From the human T2T-CHM13v2.0 reference genome, Homo sapiens, in the NCBI RefSeq assembly GCF_009914755.1, contig NC_060933.1: a stretch of DNA of 64,000 bases; one strand, given 5' to 3'. Below, piece by piece: positions 29,188-42,493 of this stretch. The translations under genes were made by a program, and so were the position numbers. The notes under the pieces were generated by a model. It ran no database searches. It saw nothing but the letters and a program-made list of their open reading frames with translations, and was not told the origin of the DNA. Every line of letters starts with the position of its first letter. Positions within the stretch are counted from its first letter, which is position 1.

Positions 29188-29786
29188 TGTTTTGTGTCTG
29201 GGTCTTAATTTATAAGGGTGACTGAGTGACAGCAAGGAAAGGTTGATGCCATTGAAAAAAAAATTAATGTTACTCACAGTTCCTAGAAATGAAAGGTGCA
29301 GCTCACCACAGGAGAAACACCAAGTTTCGGTCAGGAAGCAGAAACAGGAGTGCTTAGACCATGGCCTTTACTGGGTTTTTCTCAGGAAAGGGAGGCAAGG
29401 CAGGGTAAACAATTTAGAATTAGTTAGTATGAATAATTCTAGGGCCTTTGAGCTACTGGAGTAGTCTCTCTCATTGTCTGGTGCTTGAATGATTTAGGTA
29501 AGGGAAATATTGGCTTAGTGTATGAGAGTTAGATAAGGAGGTAGTTGGGGGTAGCAACGCAGGATAACTGGGTTTGTATATAAAAGGCATGCTCTTAGGC
29601 AAGTAGTCTTAGGCTCTTTAGGATATAGCCATCTGTAGGAGTGGCAGTCTCTCCCAGGGGTTTGTAAGGCTCCCAAATGTCAGAGCATCAAGAATACAGA
29701 AAATAAGAAAATATAGCTAATACAATTGGCCCTGTGATGAATGAATGCCAAGTAAACAAATATGAAATCTAAGAAAACACAGAACA
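29188..29786 (-). mobile_element. ERVL solo LTR (MER76-like)
   Basis: TG...CA termini flanked by a perfect 5-bp TSD AGGTG (29183-29187, 29787-29791); family name from recall. Confidence 0.8.
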
Positions 29787-29889
29787 AGGTGACCTGTAGG
29801 TTCAAGGGGAGAGAATGCTATCAGTAATGAAGAGGTCTGTTGGTACTTAGGATGGGAGAGAGTGACATGTACATCTTTCCTATCCTGCC

Positions 29890-31140
29890 TTTTTCATCAA
29901 GTCTCACCTTGGGTGCCACTTCTTTTGGGAACTCTCCCCTGACTCATGAGTCAAGAGTAGATGCTCTTCCTCTGAGCTTCTACAGCAACCTGTAATTATC
30001 TATATTGTCACATTTCTCAAATTGAATTTTAACAGTTATTGAGGTGTAACTGACATACATATTTCAATTGGACAATCTGATATGTTGACTTGTGAATACA
30101 CCTGTAAAACCATTAACAATCATGATAATGAACATATCTATCTCCCCTAAAGTTTCCTTATGCTCTTTGTAATCCCTCTTGACAGTCCTTCCCTGATCCC
30201 ATCCAACCTTGGCTTCCTCAAACCACTCATCTGCTTTCTGTCACTATAGACATGTTTGAATTTTCAAGAGTTTCATATAACCGAAACTTATTCACTATTT
30301 TTTTTTATTTGGCTTCTTTCACGCAGCATAATTATTTTGATATTTGTCTATATTGTTACATGTATCAGTTGCTCATTCCTTTTTATTGCTGAGTAGCATC
30401 CCATTGTATGGATGTGCATAATTTGTTTATGTATATATAGAAGTGACTGAGTGACATCATGGAAAGATTAATGTCATTGGGAAAAAAAGTTTAATGTTAC
30501 TCATAGTTCCTAGAAATGAAAGGTATGGCTTGCCACAGGGTCACAGGAGGAACACCAAGTTTTGGACAGGAAGCAGAAGAAGGAGTGAGTGGAGTAGATA
30601 TTTGTATTGTTAATGGACATTTGTATTGATCATTCTTATTGTTTCCAGTTTTCAGCTTTATAAATAAAGCTGCTGTGAACATTCATGTACAAGTTATGAG
30701 AATGAAAAGACAAGTCATAGATGAGAAAATAATTGCCAAGTCTGTATCTGAAAAAGAACTTGTATCCAGAATATATTAAGAGATGCTCATAGCAAACAAC
30801 CCAGTAAAAAATGGGAAAAAGATTTGAACAGACACTTCACAAAAGAAGATATAAGGATAACAAATAAGCACATGAAAAGTTGCCCAATAGGGAACTATCC
30901 ATGGTCAATAGGGAAAACTAAAATCAAAATGAGATATCACTACACATTTACTATAAAACAGTTGGAAAGTTTCTTAAAAAGTTAAACACACACCTGCCAT
31001 ATGATTCAGTTCTACTCCAACATACTTAACTCAAACTGAATTTTTATTTCGGATTATTTGGCTGTTTCTTTTATTAGAGTGTTAGCGTAAGCACCTTGAG
31101 TTTAGAAACATTGTTTTTTAAATCTTTTTATTTCATGTGC
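29890..31140 (+). mobile_element. L2 3' remnant split by the L1 insertion at 30031-31029
   Basis: TCAAGTCTCACCTTGGGTGCCACTTC...GCTCTTCCTCTGAGCTTCTACAGCA before the L1 and TTAGAGTG...TAAGCACCTTGAG after it. Confidence 0.5.
30031..31029 (-). mobile_element. L1MB/MC-type element with 5' inversion (twin-primed)
   Basis: 30031-30695 reverse-strand 3' end; 30697-31029 forward-strand ORF2 C-terminal region; TSD CTCAAATTGAATTTT (30016-30030) / CTCAAACTGAATTTT (31030-31044). Confidence 0.88.
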
Positions 31141-31150
31141 ATATTTCTAC

Positions 31151-31855
<705 letters not shown>

Positions 31856-34800
31856 GCTAACATCAGGTATCATATCTGGAACTTGATAGTTACACAGTAA
31901 ATGTAATCCCATAAATGAAAGGTGAGCAATAGAAAATATTCCCGAACTTAAGTGTCACCAGAGGAGGATTATCATTTTCAAAAATGAAGACAAAAACCTA
32001 AAACTACCACCCTTCAGGCTCTGCCATGATTTTCTTTGCATTTCTAGTAAGAGATTTCCTAGGGTCCTATCAAAATGGCTACTGCCCGCTATCTATGTGT
32101 ACTCTTCTCAAATTATAGTGAACATCCTGTAGGTTCATTCCCTCCTTGGTGGCACGTCTTTCTCTTTATCTAGTTTCATGGTTATTCATGTATATGGGAC
32201 TGTGAGTTATTTAAGGGTAGAATCCAGTTCTGATTTATTTTTGTGTCCCTCTCCAGTGTTTTATTTAGCAATTCGTGCATATATTTGCTTAACTAAATAT
32301 AGTGATTGAATGGATTAAACACAGCTTTATACTTTAGATATGATCTTTTACTCTTGGGAAATATGGTAGTTATAAAAGAGGTAGACAAATTTATTATCTT
32401 TATTTGTTTTATCAAAGTATTGGTACTACCTCTAGAACTGGACTTTGAAAGAGTTCTTCCTGCTCTTCTCCCTCCTCCCACCCTCTCCCATCTAGTAGAC
32501 CCCAATGTCTGTTGTTTTTTCCTTTGTTCTGGTAAGTTCTTACCATTTAGCTCCCACTTACAAGTGAGAACATGTAGTATTTGGTTTTCTGTTCTTGCAT
32601 TAGTTTGCTAAGGATGATAACTTCCAGCTCCATCCATGTTCCTGCAAAAGACATGATCTCATTCTTTTTTTATGGCTGCATGATATTCCATGGTATATAT
32701 ATATACCACATTTTCTTTATCCAGTCTGTCATTGATAGGCATTGAGGTTGACTCCATGTCTTTGCTGTTGTGAACAGTGCTGCAATGAACATTCACATGC
32801 ATGTGTCTTTATGGTAGAATGCTTTATAGTCCTCTGGGTATATAACCAGTAACGGGATTGCTGGGTAGAATGGTAGTTCTGCTTTTTGCTCTTTGAGGAA
32901 TCACCATACTGGTTTCCACAATGGTTGAACTAAATTACACTTCCACCAACAATGTATAAGGGGTTCCCTTTTCTCTATAACTTCACCAGCATCTGTTAGT
33001 TTTTGACTTTTTAATAGCCATTCTCTGACTGGTGTGAGAAGGTATCTCGTTACAGTTTTGATTTGCATTTCTCTAGTAATCAGTGATGTTGAGCTTTTTT
33101 CCATATGCTAGTGTGGCTCTCTGTATGCCTTCTTTTGAGAAGTGTCTGTTTATGTCCTTTGCCCGTTTTTGATGGGGTTAAATGTTCATTTTTCTCTTGT
33201 AAATTTGTTTAAGTTCCTTATAAATGCTGGATATTAGACTTTTGTCAGATGCATAGCTTGCAATAATGTTCTCCCAGTCTGTAGGTTATCTGTTTATTCT
33301 GATGATAGTTTCTTTTGCTGTGCAGAAGCTCTAAAGTTTCATTAGATCCCATTTGTCAATTTTTGCTTTTGTTATGATTGCTGTTGATATCTTCATCATG
33401 AAATCTTTGTTCATTCCTTAGGTCCAGGATGGTATTGCCTAGGTTGTCTTCTAGGGTTTTTATAGTTTTGGGTTTCATATTTCAGCCTTTAATTCATCTT
33501 GAGTTGATTTTTGTATATGATGTAAGGAAGGGGTCCAGCTTCAATTTTCTGCATATGGCCAGGCAGTTATCCCAGCACCATTTATTGAATAGGGAGTCTT
33601 TTCCCCATTGCTTGTTTTTGTCAGCTTTGTCAAAGATCAGATGTTCATAGATGTGCAGCCTTATTTCTGGGCTCTCTATTCTGTTCCATTGGTCTATGTG
33701 CCTGTTTTTGTACAAGTACCATGCTGTTTTAGTCACTGCAGCCTCATAGTGTAGATTGAAGTCAGGCAACATGATTCCTCCAGCCTTTTACTTTTTTCTT
33801 AGAATTGCCTTGGTTATTCTGGCTCTTTTTTGGTGCCATATAAATTTTAAAATAAATTTTTCTAGTTCTATGAGAATGTCATTGGTAGTTTGATAGAAAT
33901 AGCATTGAATCTGTAAATTGTTTTGGGCAGTATAGCCATTTTAATGATATTGATTCTTCCTTTCCATGAGCATGGGATATTTTTCTATTTGTGTCTTCTC
34001 TGATTTCTTTGAGTAGTGTTTTGTAATTCTCATTGTAGAGCTCTTTCAACTCTCTGGTTAGCTATATTCCTAGGTATTTTATTTTTGTGTGTGTGGCAAT
34101 TGTGAATGGATTGCCTTTCTGATTTGGCTCTCTGGTTGGTTGTTGTTGGTGTATAGGAATGCTAGTAACTTTTGTACATTGATTTTGTATCCTGCAACTT
34201 TACTGTAGTTGTTTATCAGCTGAAGAAGCTTTTGAGCTAAGACTATCGGGCTTTTCAGATATTGAATCATGTCTGCAAACAGAGATAGTTTGACTTCCTC
34301 TCTTCCTACTTGGAGATTCTTTATTTCATTCTCTTGCCTGATTGCTCTTGTTAGGACTTCCAATATTATGTTGAATAGAAGTGGTGAGAGAGGGTATCCT
34401 TGTCTTGCTGGTTTTCAAGGGAATGCTTCCAGGTTTTGCCCACTCAGTATAATGTTGGCTTTGGGTTTGTCATAGATGACTCTTATTATTTTGAGGTATG
34501 TTCATTCAATACCTAGTTTACTGAGAGTTTTTAACATAAAGGAAAGCCTTTTCTGTATCTATTGAGAAAATCCTGTAGTTTTTGTCTTTAGTTCTGTTTA
34601 TGTGATGAATCACATTTACTGATTTTCGTATGTTGAGACAACCTTGCATCCTGGGGATGAAGGCTACTTGATCATGGTGGATTAGCTTTTTGATGTGTTG
34701 CTGGATTTGGTTTGCAAGTCTTTAGTTGAGGATTTTTGCATCAATGTTTCTCAAGGATATTGGTCTAAAGTTTTCTTGTGTGTTGTCTCTGCCAGGTTTT

Positions 34801-34856
34801 GGTGTTAATATCATGATGGCCTCATAGAATGAATTGGGGAGAAGTCCCTCCTCCTC

Positions 34857-34884
34857 ATTTATTTATTTATTTATTTATTTATTT
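34857..34884. repeat. (ATTT)7 microsatellite inside L1 ORF2
   Basis: Direct reading. Confidence 0.9.
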
Positions 34885-35428
34885 TTGGAATAGTTTCTGT
34901 AGGAATGGTACCAGACTTTCTTTGTATATCTGGTAGAGTTTGGCTGTGAATCCATCAGGTCCTGGCCTTTTTTTAGTTGATAGGCTATTTATTACTCATT
35001 CAATTTCAGAGTCATTATTGGTCTGTTCAGGGAATCAATTTTTTTCTGGCTCAGTCTTTGGAAGGTGTATGTGTCCAAAAATTTATCCATCACTTCTAAG
35101 TTTTCTAGTTTGTTTGTGTAGAGGTGTTCATAGTAATTTCTAATGGTTGTTTTTATTTCTGTGGGGCCAGTAGTAACATTCCCTTTTTCATTTCTATTTG
35201 TTTTTATTTGAATCTTCTCTCTTCTTAATTTGTCTAGCTTGTGGACTATCTATTTTATTAATTTTTTCTAAAAAACAATTCCTGGACTTACTGATCTTTT
35301 GAATTGTTTTTTGTGTCTCAATTTCCTTAAATTCAGCTCTGATTTTTGTTATTTCTTTTCTTCTGCTAGCTTTAGGGTTGGTTTGTTTTGCATTTCTAAT
35401 TCTTCCAGTTGTGAAGTTAGGTTGTTAA

Positions 35429-35745
<317 letters not shown>

Positions 35746-36682
35746 CTTTCTAACTTTTTGATGTGGGCATTTAGTGCTATGAATTTCCCTCTGAACACTG
35801 TCTTAGCTGTGTCCCAGAGATTCTGGCATGTTTTATCTTTGCTTCCATTATTTTCTAAGAACTTCTTGATTTCTGCCTCAATTTCATTCTTTACTCAAAA
35901 GTCATTTAGAAGCATGTTGTTTAATTTCCATGTAATTGTATGATTTTGAATGATTTTCATTGTGTTGACTACTATGTTTATTGTAGTCCAAGAGTGTATT
36001 TGATATGATTTTGGTTCTTTTACATTTGTTGAGGATTGTTTTATATCCAATTATGTGGTCAATTTTAGAGTATGTGCCATGTGGCAATGAGAATGTATAT
36101 TCTGTTGTTTTGTTTTGGGTGGAGAGTTCTGTAAAGGTCTGTCAGAATATCATTGGACCATTTGGTCCAGTGCTGAGTTTAGGTCCTCAATATCTGTTAG
36201 TTTTCTGCCTTGATGATCTGTCTAATACTGCCACTGAAGTGTTGAAGTCTCCCACTATTATTGCATGGGAGTCTATGTCTCTATGTCTCTTGGTAGGTCT
36301 CTAAGAACTGGCTTTATGAATCTGGGTGCTCCTGTGTTGGGTGAATGTATATTTAGGATAGTTAGGTCTTGTTGAATTAAACCCTTTACCATTATGGAAT
36401 GCCCTTCCTTGTCTTTGATTCTTGTTAGTTTTAAATCTGTTTTTTTTTTTTTTTTCTGAAATTAGGATTGCAACCCTTGCTTTTTTCTGTTTTCCATTTG
36501 CTTGGTAGATTTTTCTCCATCCCTTTATTTTGATCCTGAGTGTCATTACATATGAGATGGGCCTCTTGAAGACAGCATACCATTGGGTCTTGCTTTTTTA
36601 TCCAACTTGCCACTCTGTGCCTTTTAAGTGGGGACATTTAGCCCATTTGTCAAGGCATTTAGCTCATTTACCAGTTAGCTGT

Positions 36683-36806
36683 TAGTAACCAGCTAATAGC
36701 ACAATGACAGGATCAAATCCATGCATATCAATACTAACCTTGATATCAATACAAACCTTGATACGTGTGGATTTGATCCTGTCATTGTGCTGTTAGCTGG
36801 TTACTA
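36683..36806. repeat. Inverted repeat, 49-bp arms (45/49 identical), 26-bp spacer
   Basis: 36683-36731 is the reverse complement of 36758-36806. Confidence 0.95.
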
Positions 36807-39800
36807 CATTGGCTTGTTCATGTGGTTGCTTTGCAGTGACACTAGTCTGTGTGTTTAAGTGTGTTTTCATATTAGCTGGTAGCAGTCTTTCCTTTGTATG
36901 TTTAGTGCTCCTTTCAAGATCTCTTGTAAGACAGGTCTGGTGGTAATGAAGTCCCTCAACATTTGCTTATCTGAAAAGGATCTTATCTCTTCACTTAGGA
37001 AGCTTGGTTTGGTTGGATATGAAATTCTTGGTTGAAGATTTTTTTCTTTGAGAATGTTGAATATGGGCTCCCAATCTCTTCTGTCCTGTAGGATTTCAGC
37101 TGAGAGGTTCACTGTTAGCCTGATGGAGATTCCTTTGTGGGTGACTCCCCCTTTCTCTCCAGCTGCCTTTTACACTCCTTTCATTTTGACTTTGGAAAAT
37201 CTGATGATGATATGTCTTGGGGAATGATCTTCTTGTGTAGAATCTTGCAGGAGTTCTCTGTATTTCCTGAATTTGACTATTGGCTTCTCTAGCAAGGATG
37301 GGGAAATGTTCATGGATGATATTCTGAAATATTCTTGTTGGAGAACTGGTGCAGTAATTTGATGGACATATGACACTCTGGCCATTTCAGTTACTAGAGT
37401 TCTTGCACTGGTTCTTTCTCATCACTGCATGTGGTTGTTCCTTTAACTGCAGTGTAGATTGAGTACAGTCAATAGACTTCTTTTTTGGATGTTTTCACTG
37501 GGCTGAGGCTTTGTATAGGGTCTTTATTTGAAGCTGACTTCTCGTCTCTGGTTTCAGAGGGGCGTATGTTAGTGAGGTATTTTTGGTGTTGAAGCTTTGG
37601 GTATGATCCAGCAGGTGACACTTAGGCTTATTGGTCAGTTGGTTGACTCTTCTTTGGTTATGTGGCTCCCCTATGTTTCCTCATAGATGGAGCTGTGTTC
37701 CCTCTCAGTGCTCTGAAAGTGTGGATTCCTTTTCCACTTTAATGCTGGCTATAGTTCACAACTTGGCATTCCTGGACTGTCTGCTGCAGCTCTGGAATGA
37801 TCTCAGGGTTTATGTTTCTTCCCCAGCTTAGAGGCAACACAGAAAGGGATCTTAATAGTGGTTGTAGCCAAGGGTTCATTTGCTTGATTCCCGGGAGTTT
37901 CACCCCAGAGAAATGCAGGTCAGCAATTGCTCAGTACAGTGAGACCAAGAAAGAAGGTTTGTGCTGTGGGCCCAAGCCAGGGGTTCCCTGTCTGGTGACG
38001 AGCTGACGGAGGGGTGTGGGACCCGTGGAAGGTGGACTGGACTCCTTTTCTTGGGTCTACTGCAGCTTGTTGGAGGTGTGGATAAGGCATTTAGGGTCTT
38101 TGGTCCTTCATTTGTCCAAGGGTGGCAAGAGAAGCTCCACTGCAGAGGCAGTGGCCAAGAGGCTTTCAGTTGCCTCTGGAGGCTCTGTCCAGGGAGTTGC
38201 CAAGTTGGTACTGGCTTGATAGCTCTGGTAGGGGGTGGCTGGAGGCCCAAGCCCGGAGGCCCTGCTTGGTGAGGAAATACGGGAATGGGCACCCATGTAA
38301 CAGTCTGGCCACTTTTCTGTAGGACTGCTGTGGTATGCTTGGGGCCCGCTCCAATTCCCAGTCACCTCAGATTTTCCAGAACCTGGAGGTGTCACCAGTG
38401 ACGGCTGCAAAACAGCAAAGATGGCAGCCTATCCCTCCCTCTGGGACAAAGCTCCTTCCTTCTCAGCTTTGTTCCAGGGAGGCACAGACCTGTTGCTGGC
38501 TCTAAGGCACATTTAGGGAGTGACTGGAGACCCCACCTGGGAGGTCCCACCCAGTGAGGAGGAATGGGATTGGGACCCACTTAAAAAAGCAGTCTGGCCA
38601 CGTTTTGGTAGAGCAGCTGTGCTGTGCTGGGGGTCCACTTCAACTCCCTGTCACCTCAGACACTCCGAAGCCCAAAGGCTGGAATGGCTAAGTCACCCAA
38701 ACAGCAAAGATGGCAGCCCACCCCTCCCTCTGGGAGCACCGTCCCAGGGGTTCAGATCTCTGTCAGCTAGAGAGCTTGTGTGGGGATGGCTGGAGGCTCC
38801 AGTTGGGAGGTCCAGCCAAGTGAGGAGGAACAGGATCAGGCACCCACTTAAAGCAGCAGTCTGACCATGTTCTGGTAGAGCAGTTGTGCTGTTCTGGGGG
38901 ATCCCTTCCATCCCAGGTGGGCTCAGACTCTCCAAAGCCTGAAGGTTGGAATGGCTAAGGTGCCCAAACAGCAAAGATGTCCCTCCCCCTGGGAGCTCCT
39001 TAGGGGTGCAATGCCACTGCTGGTAGCTGGTTGTGGGTCTTCCCTTGTTAGGTGCCATGGAAATGGGGTCCGCAGGCTGTTGCTACTCAGCACCCTGGAT
39101 TCAGCTTCTTTCCTAGAGGTATGTATAAGAGTCTAACCTCCCACTTTGCCAGAGCTGTAGCTACTTTTGCTGGAAAGGCCAGGTATCTAAGCCTCCAGGG
39201 TCTCCATGCATGCCTGAGTGGCTGCTCTGCCAAGATTACACATAGATCTGTCTGTCAAACTGAAAACTGAAGGCCCTGGTGGAGTGGATCCACAAGGAGA
39301 TCTCCTAAGTGGAGGGTTGCAAAGATCTGTGGGAGAAGCGTGGTTTCCTGGGGTCACACATTCACTCACCATTCCCTGGGCAGGGGAGGATCCCCTGGCT
39401 CCATGTTGCTCCCAGGTGGGCCATTGTCCTGTCTTGCTTTTCTCCATTCTCTGTGGGTCCAGTTGTTTCCTTGATTAAACCCAATGCAAGTACCTGGATG
39501 TTTCAGTTTAAGGTGCTGTATTTACTTGCCCCTTCTATTCCTCTCTGTGACAGCCACATACTAGCTTCTTCTACTTGGCCATCTTGGCCACTCCCTCCTT
39601 GAAAGTTTTAAAGCAAAATATACTAGCTATTTTTCTCTGGTATAAACATTATCTATGTACATTATGGAATATGCAAAAATATGGAAAATGCATGGGTAGT
39701 AGGAAAGTATATGTATATGTGGTATAACACCTTTTAGGAGGACAATTTGGTAATCTACCAAAATTTGCTTCCCTTTTTTGTCTTGTATCTGTATTTCTAC

Positions 39801-40837
39801 AAAATCATCCTATGGAAAAGAAAAAAAAAAAAAGCCTTCCAGGTTTTCTCCCTTGCACTTTTTAATCGTGATTATACAAGAGACATTATTTTCATCAGCT
39901 TTTTTTCACTTAACAGAAGATGTTTATAAGATAGTCATTTCCTTTTGTTGTTTTAAAGTCTATTACATTTCATTTTTACTGGCTGTATGCATGTCTTATG
40001 GGATGATTCCACAGTACTCTTATTGCTTATTATTTAGTTTTTTTTCATGGGATGGGAATGTGTTATCAATATTGCCTGGCAGATATCTTTAGAATAAAGC
40101 TTTTCTTTTATATCAGACTATTTCCTTATTTATGGATATTGTTAATTGCTCTTTAGAAACATTTCTAAAAAGGTTGTGTCATTTATGGTACCTGTCAGAA
40201 ATGCATGGCTGTTTTAAAGCAAATGTAATTGCTTTCAGAAATCCGCTGCATTCTGAGTCAATTGCATGATTTTGTGAAGAGATAGGCTAGAATGGATGCT
40301 TATTTTTTCAATCCCTGACACCAGCTAAAGATCATCTTCCTGCTATGTGCATTTTATTTTCACCATTTGCTTATTAAATAAAGCAGAAGTTTAAATATAG
40401 CATAAAACTAATGATTCTTTGCTACAGTTGATGTTCTGCAGAAGTTATAAGCACTGATTAAGGATCAAAAGAATCTTGCCATTCTGTGCTCTAATTTTTG
40501 CATCAAAGCTTTCATTTGGCACTCAAAACATTCTTAATGATATGAAAGTATGACAAGCAATATCCTGATTAATTTATTTCCTCTAGTTTATGCTTTTTCA
40601 CTGCTTGTAACATTGCTACCAGAATATCCTGAAAAGCAAAATTGAAAGGATTTAATATCTATCTTACAGTTGAGCAAAAGCTCCAAATATCTAATTCAAG
40701 ATTTGCCTTCATCCCAGTTACATGGCTTCTCAGGACCATGATGAGAGAAGTCCAACTCTAATAGGGATAGATAAAATGGCTATCATCAATATGGTTTGGG
40801 CTTCAAGCTCTGAATAGAAAAAAGAAAATTAAAAAAT

Positions 40838-41043
40838 GCAGTTAATTACAATGTATTATATATTTCAAAATTACTAAACCAGTGGATTTTAAATGTTTTT
40901 ACCACAAAGAAATGATAAATATGTGAGGTGATATATTAATTAGCCTGATTTACTCGTTTCCCAATATCCAAACATCACATCATATCCCATAAATATAATT
41001 GGTTCTTTAAAATGAAAATAATGTTAAAGAAGACATAAAAAAA
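40838..41043 (+). mobile_element. L1MA-type 3' end
   Basis: AGTTAATTACAATGTATTATATATTTCAAAATTACTAA...ATGTGAGGTGAT...CAAACATCACATCATATCCCATAAATATA plus A-rich tail. Confidence 0.85.
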
Positions 41044-41142
41044 TATAGGAGAAAGTGACTATCAAGTTTTTATCTTTTCATTTGAATATGCTATTTGTTT
41101 TTACTTTGTGAAGGGATTAATATTTGCTTTGTTTTACTGGGG

Positions 41143-41225
41143 ATATCTATCTATCTGGTATCTATCTATCCAGCTATGTATCTGTCTATGTATCTATCTA
41201 CCTATCTATCATCTATCTATCAATC
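41143..41225. repeat. Degenerate (TCTA)n microsatellite
   Basis: TATCTATCTATCT...CTATCTATCATCTATCTATC. Confidence 0.85.
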
Positions 41226-41236
41226 ATTGATAACAG

Positions 41237-41962
41237 TGCTAGATATCAATTGATTATCTCTCACCTCTAAATCTACTGCTGTTTACCCTGTTTTGTGATT
41301 TTGGGGCTGGGCCCTATGACATTTCACATTTGAGAGTTGGTTCAGTCTTAGGTTTTGTTGCGAGAGAGCCTAGAGAGACACTGCAGACATAGCAACAACA
41401 ACAAAAACAACAACAACAAAAATAAAGAGGCTTTTATTGTGTGCTTTTCTCTTTCTCCTTCAGCTGCACATCTGGCAGTGGTGAGTGGCCCTCAGTCTCC
41501 ACTGAGGGACACTGAGTGTCTCCAGCATCTCAATAGGAAGCTTCCTGCAGACCAACTATAATCTATTGGCACCCAAGTGGGGAGTTTCTATGGGCCAGCT
41601 TCAACCCATGACACCCTAGTAAAAGTCACCAACATCCGAACATGTGACCTCCTGCAGACCAGCTCTGGCCCACAGGACCCAGTGAAGTTCTCTGCTCTTC
41701 AGCAGGTAGCAGTTGTGCCCTCTCCAGTGGGGTCAAAAATCTCAGCCATTGGTATGAGCTGGTGCTTTTCAAACTTTTAGCTCCTTCTCTGGGTATTCTT
41801 TTTTACCTTAGGAGTATAACTGCCCCCAACATTTGCTGTGAGTACTTTTTAGTCTACTTAGTAGTCAATCACATTTTACCAGTTAAGAACTTTTTCTATA
41901 AAGTTTTCCCCATTCAAATTCCTGGTGTGGTTTCTTTTTCTTGACTGGATCATGACTGATTA
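41237..41962 (+). mobile_element. ERVL solo LTR (LTR33/LTR41-like)
   Basis: TTTGTGATTTTGGGGCTGGGCCCT...GAGAGACACTGCAG and terminal GGTGTGGTTTCTTTTTCTTGACTGGATCATGACTGAT. Confidence 0.65.
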
Positions 41963-41964
41963 AA

Positions 41965-42482
41965 TAACATAGTTACTGGGCTCCTGTTAGATACAATACA
42001 CTATGTTAGGTACTGGAGACACAGCAGTAAAGAAGACAGACAAGGTTCCTGTCCTCCACACCCCTACAGTTTCCATGTAATAAACAAGTAAAGTGTTAGA
42101 TATGGCAGAGAAACATTTTTGGGATGAGAGTCATGGGTAGGAACAGAAATGTTCTGTGTAAGAAAGTGACACTTCAACCAAAACTAAAGATCAGTAGAAA
42201 CTGTTCAGATGAAGAAATACAGAGAAGCATCTCATCAAAGAGAACAGTTTGCCCAAGGACTGGGGTTGGGTCAGACTTGAGAGTGGCAGGTGGGAAGACC
42301 TGTAGCATGCAAAGCACACTGCTGAGGGCTGGAAAAAGGGGAGAGACAGGAGCAGGAGGTGGACCTCTGAAGGCACTGACAACTGTGCTCGGGATTCTGG
42401 ATTTTCCCCAGCATTTGTAAGGACTGTTGCATCGTTGAAGGGTTGTTAGCAAAGGAGGAATATGATCACATGCTTATGTTCT
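41965..42482 (-). mobile_element. L2 LINE 3' remnant
   Basis: CTATGTTAGGTACTGGAGACACAGCAGTAAAGAAGACAGACAAGGTTCCTGTCCTC is the reverse-strand L2 3' end. Confidence 0.75.
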
Positions 42483-42493
42483 CATAGTTTAGA

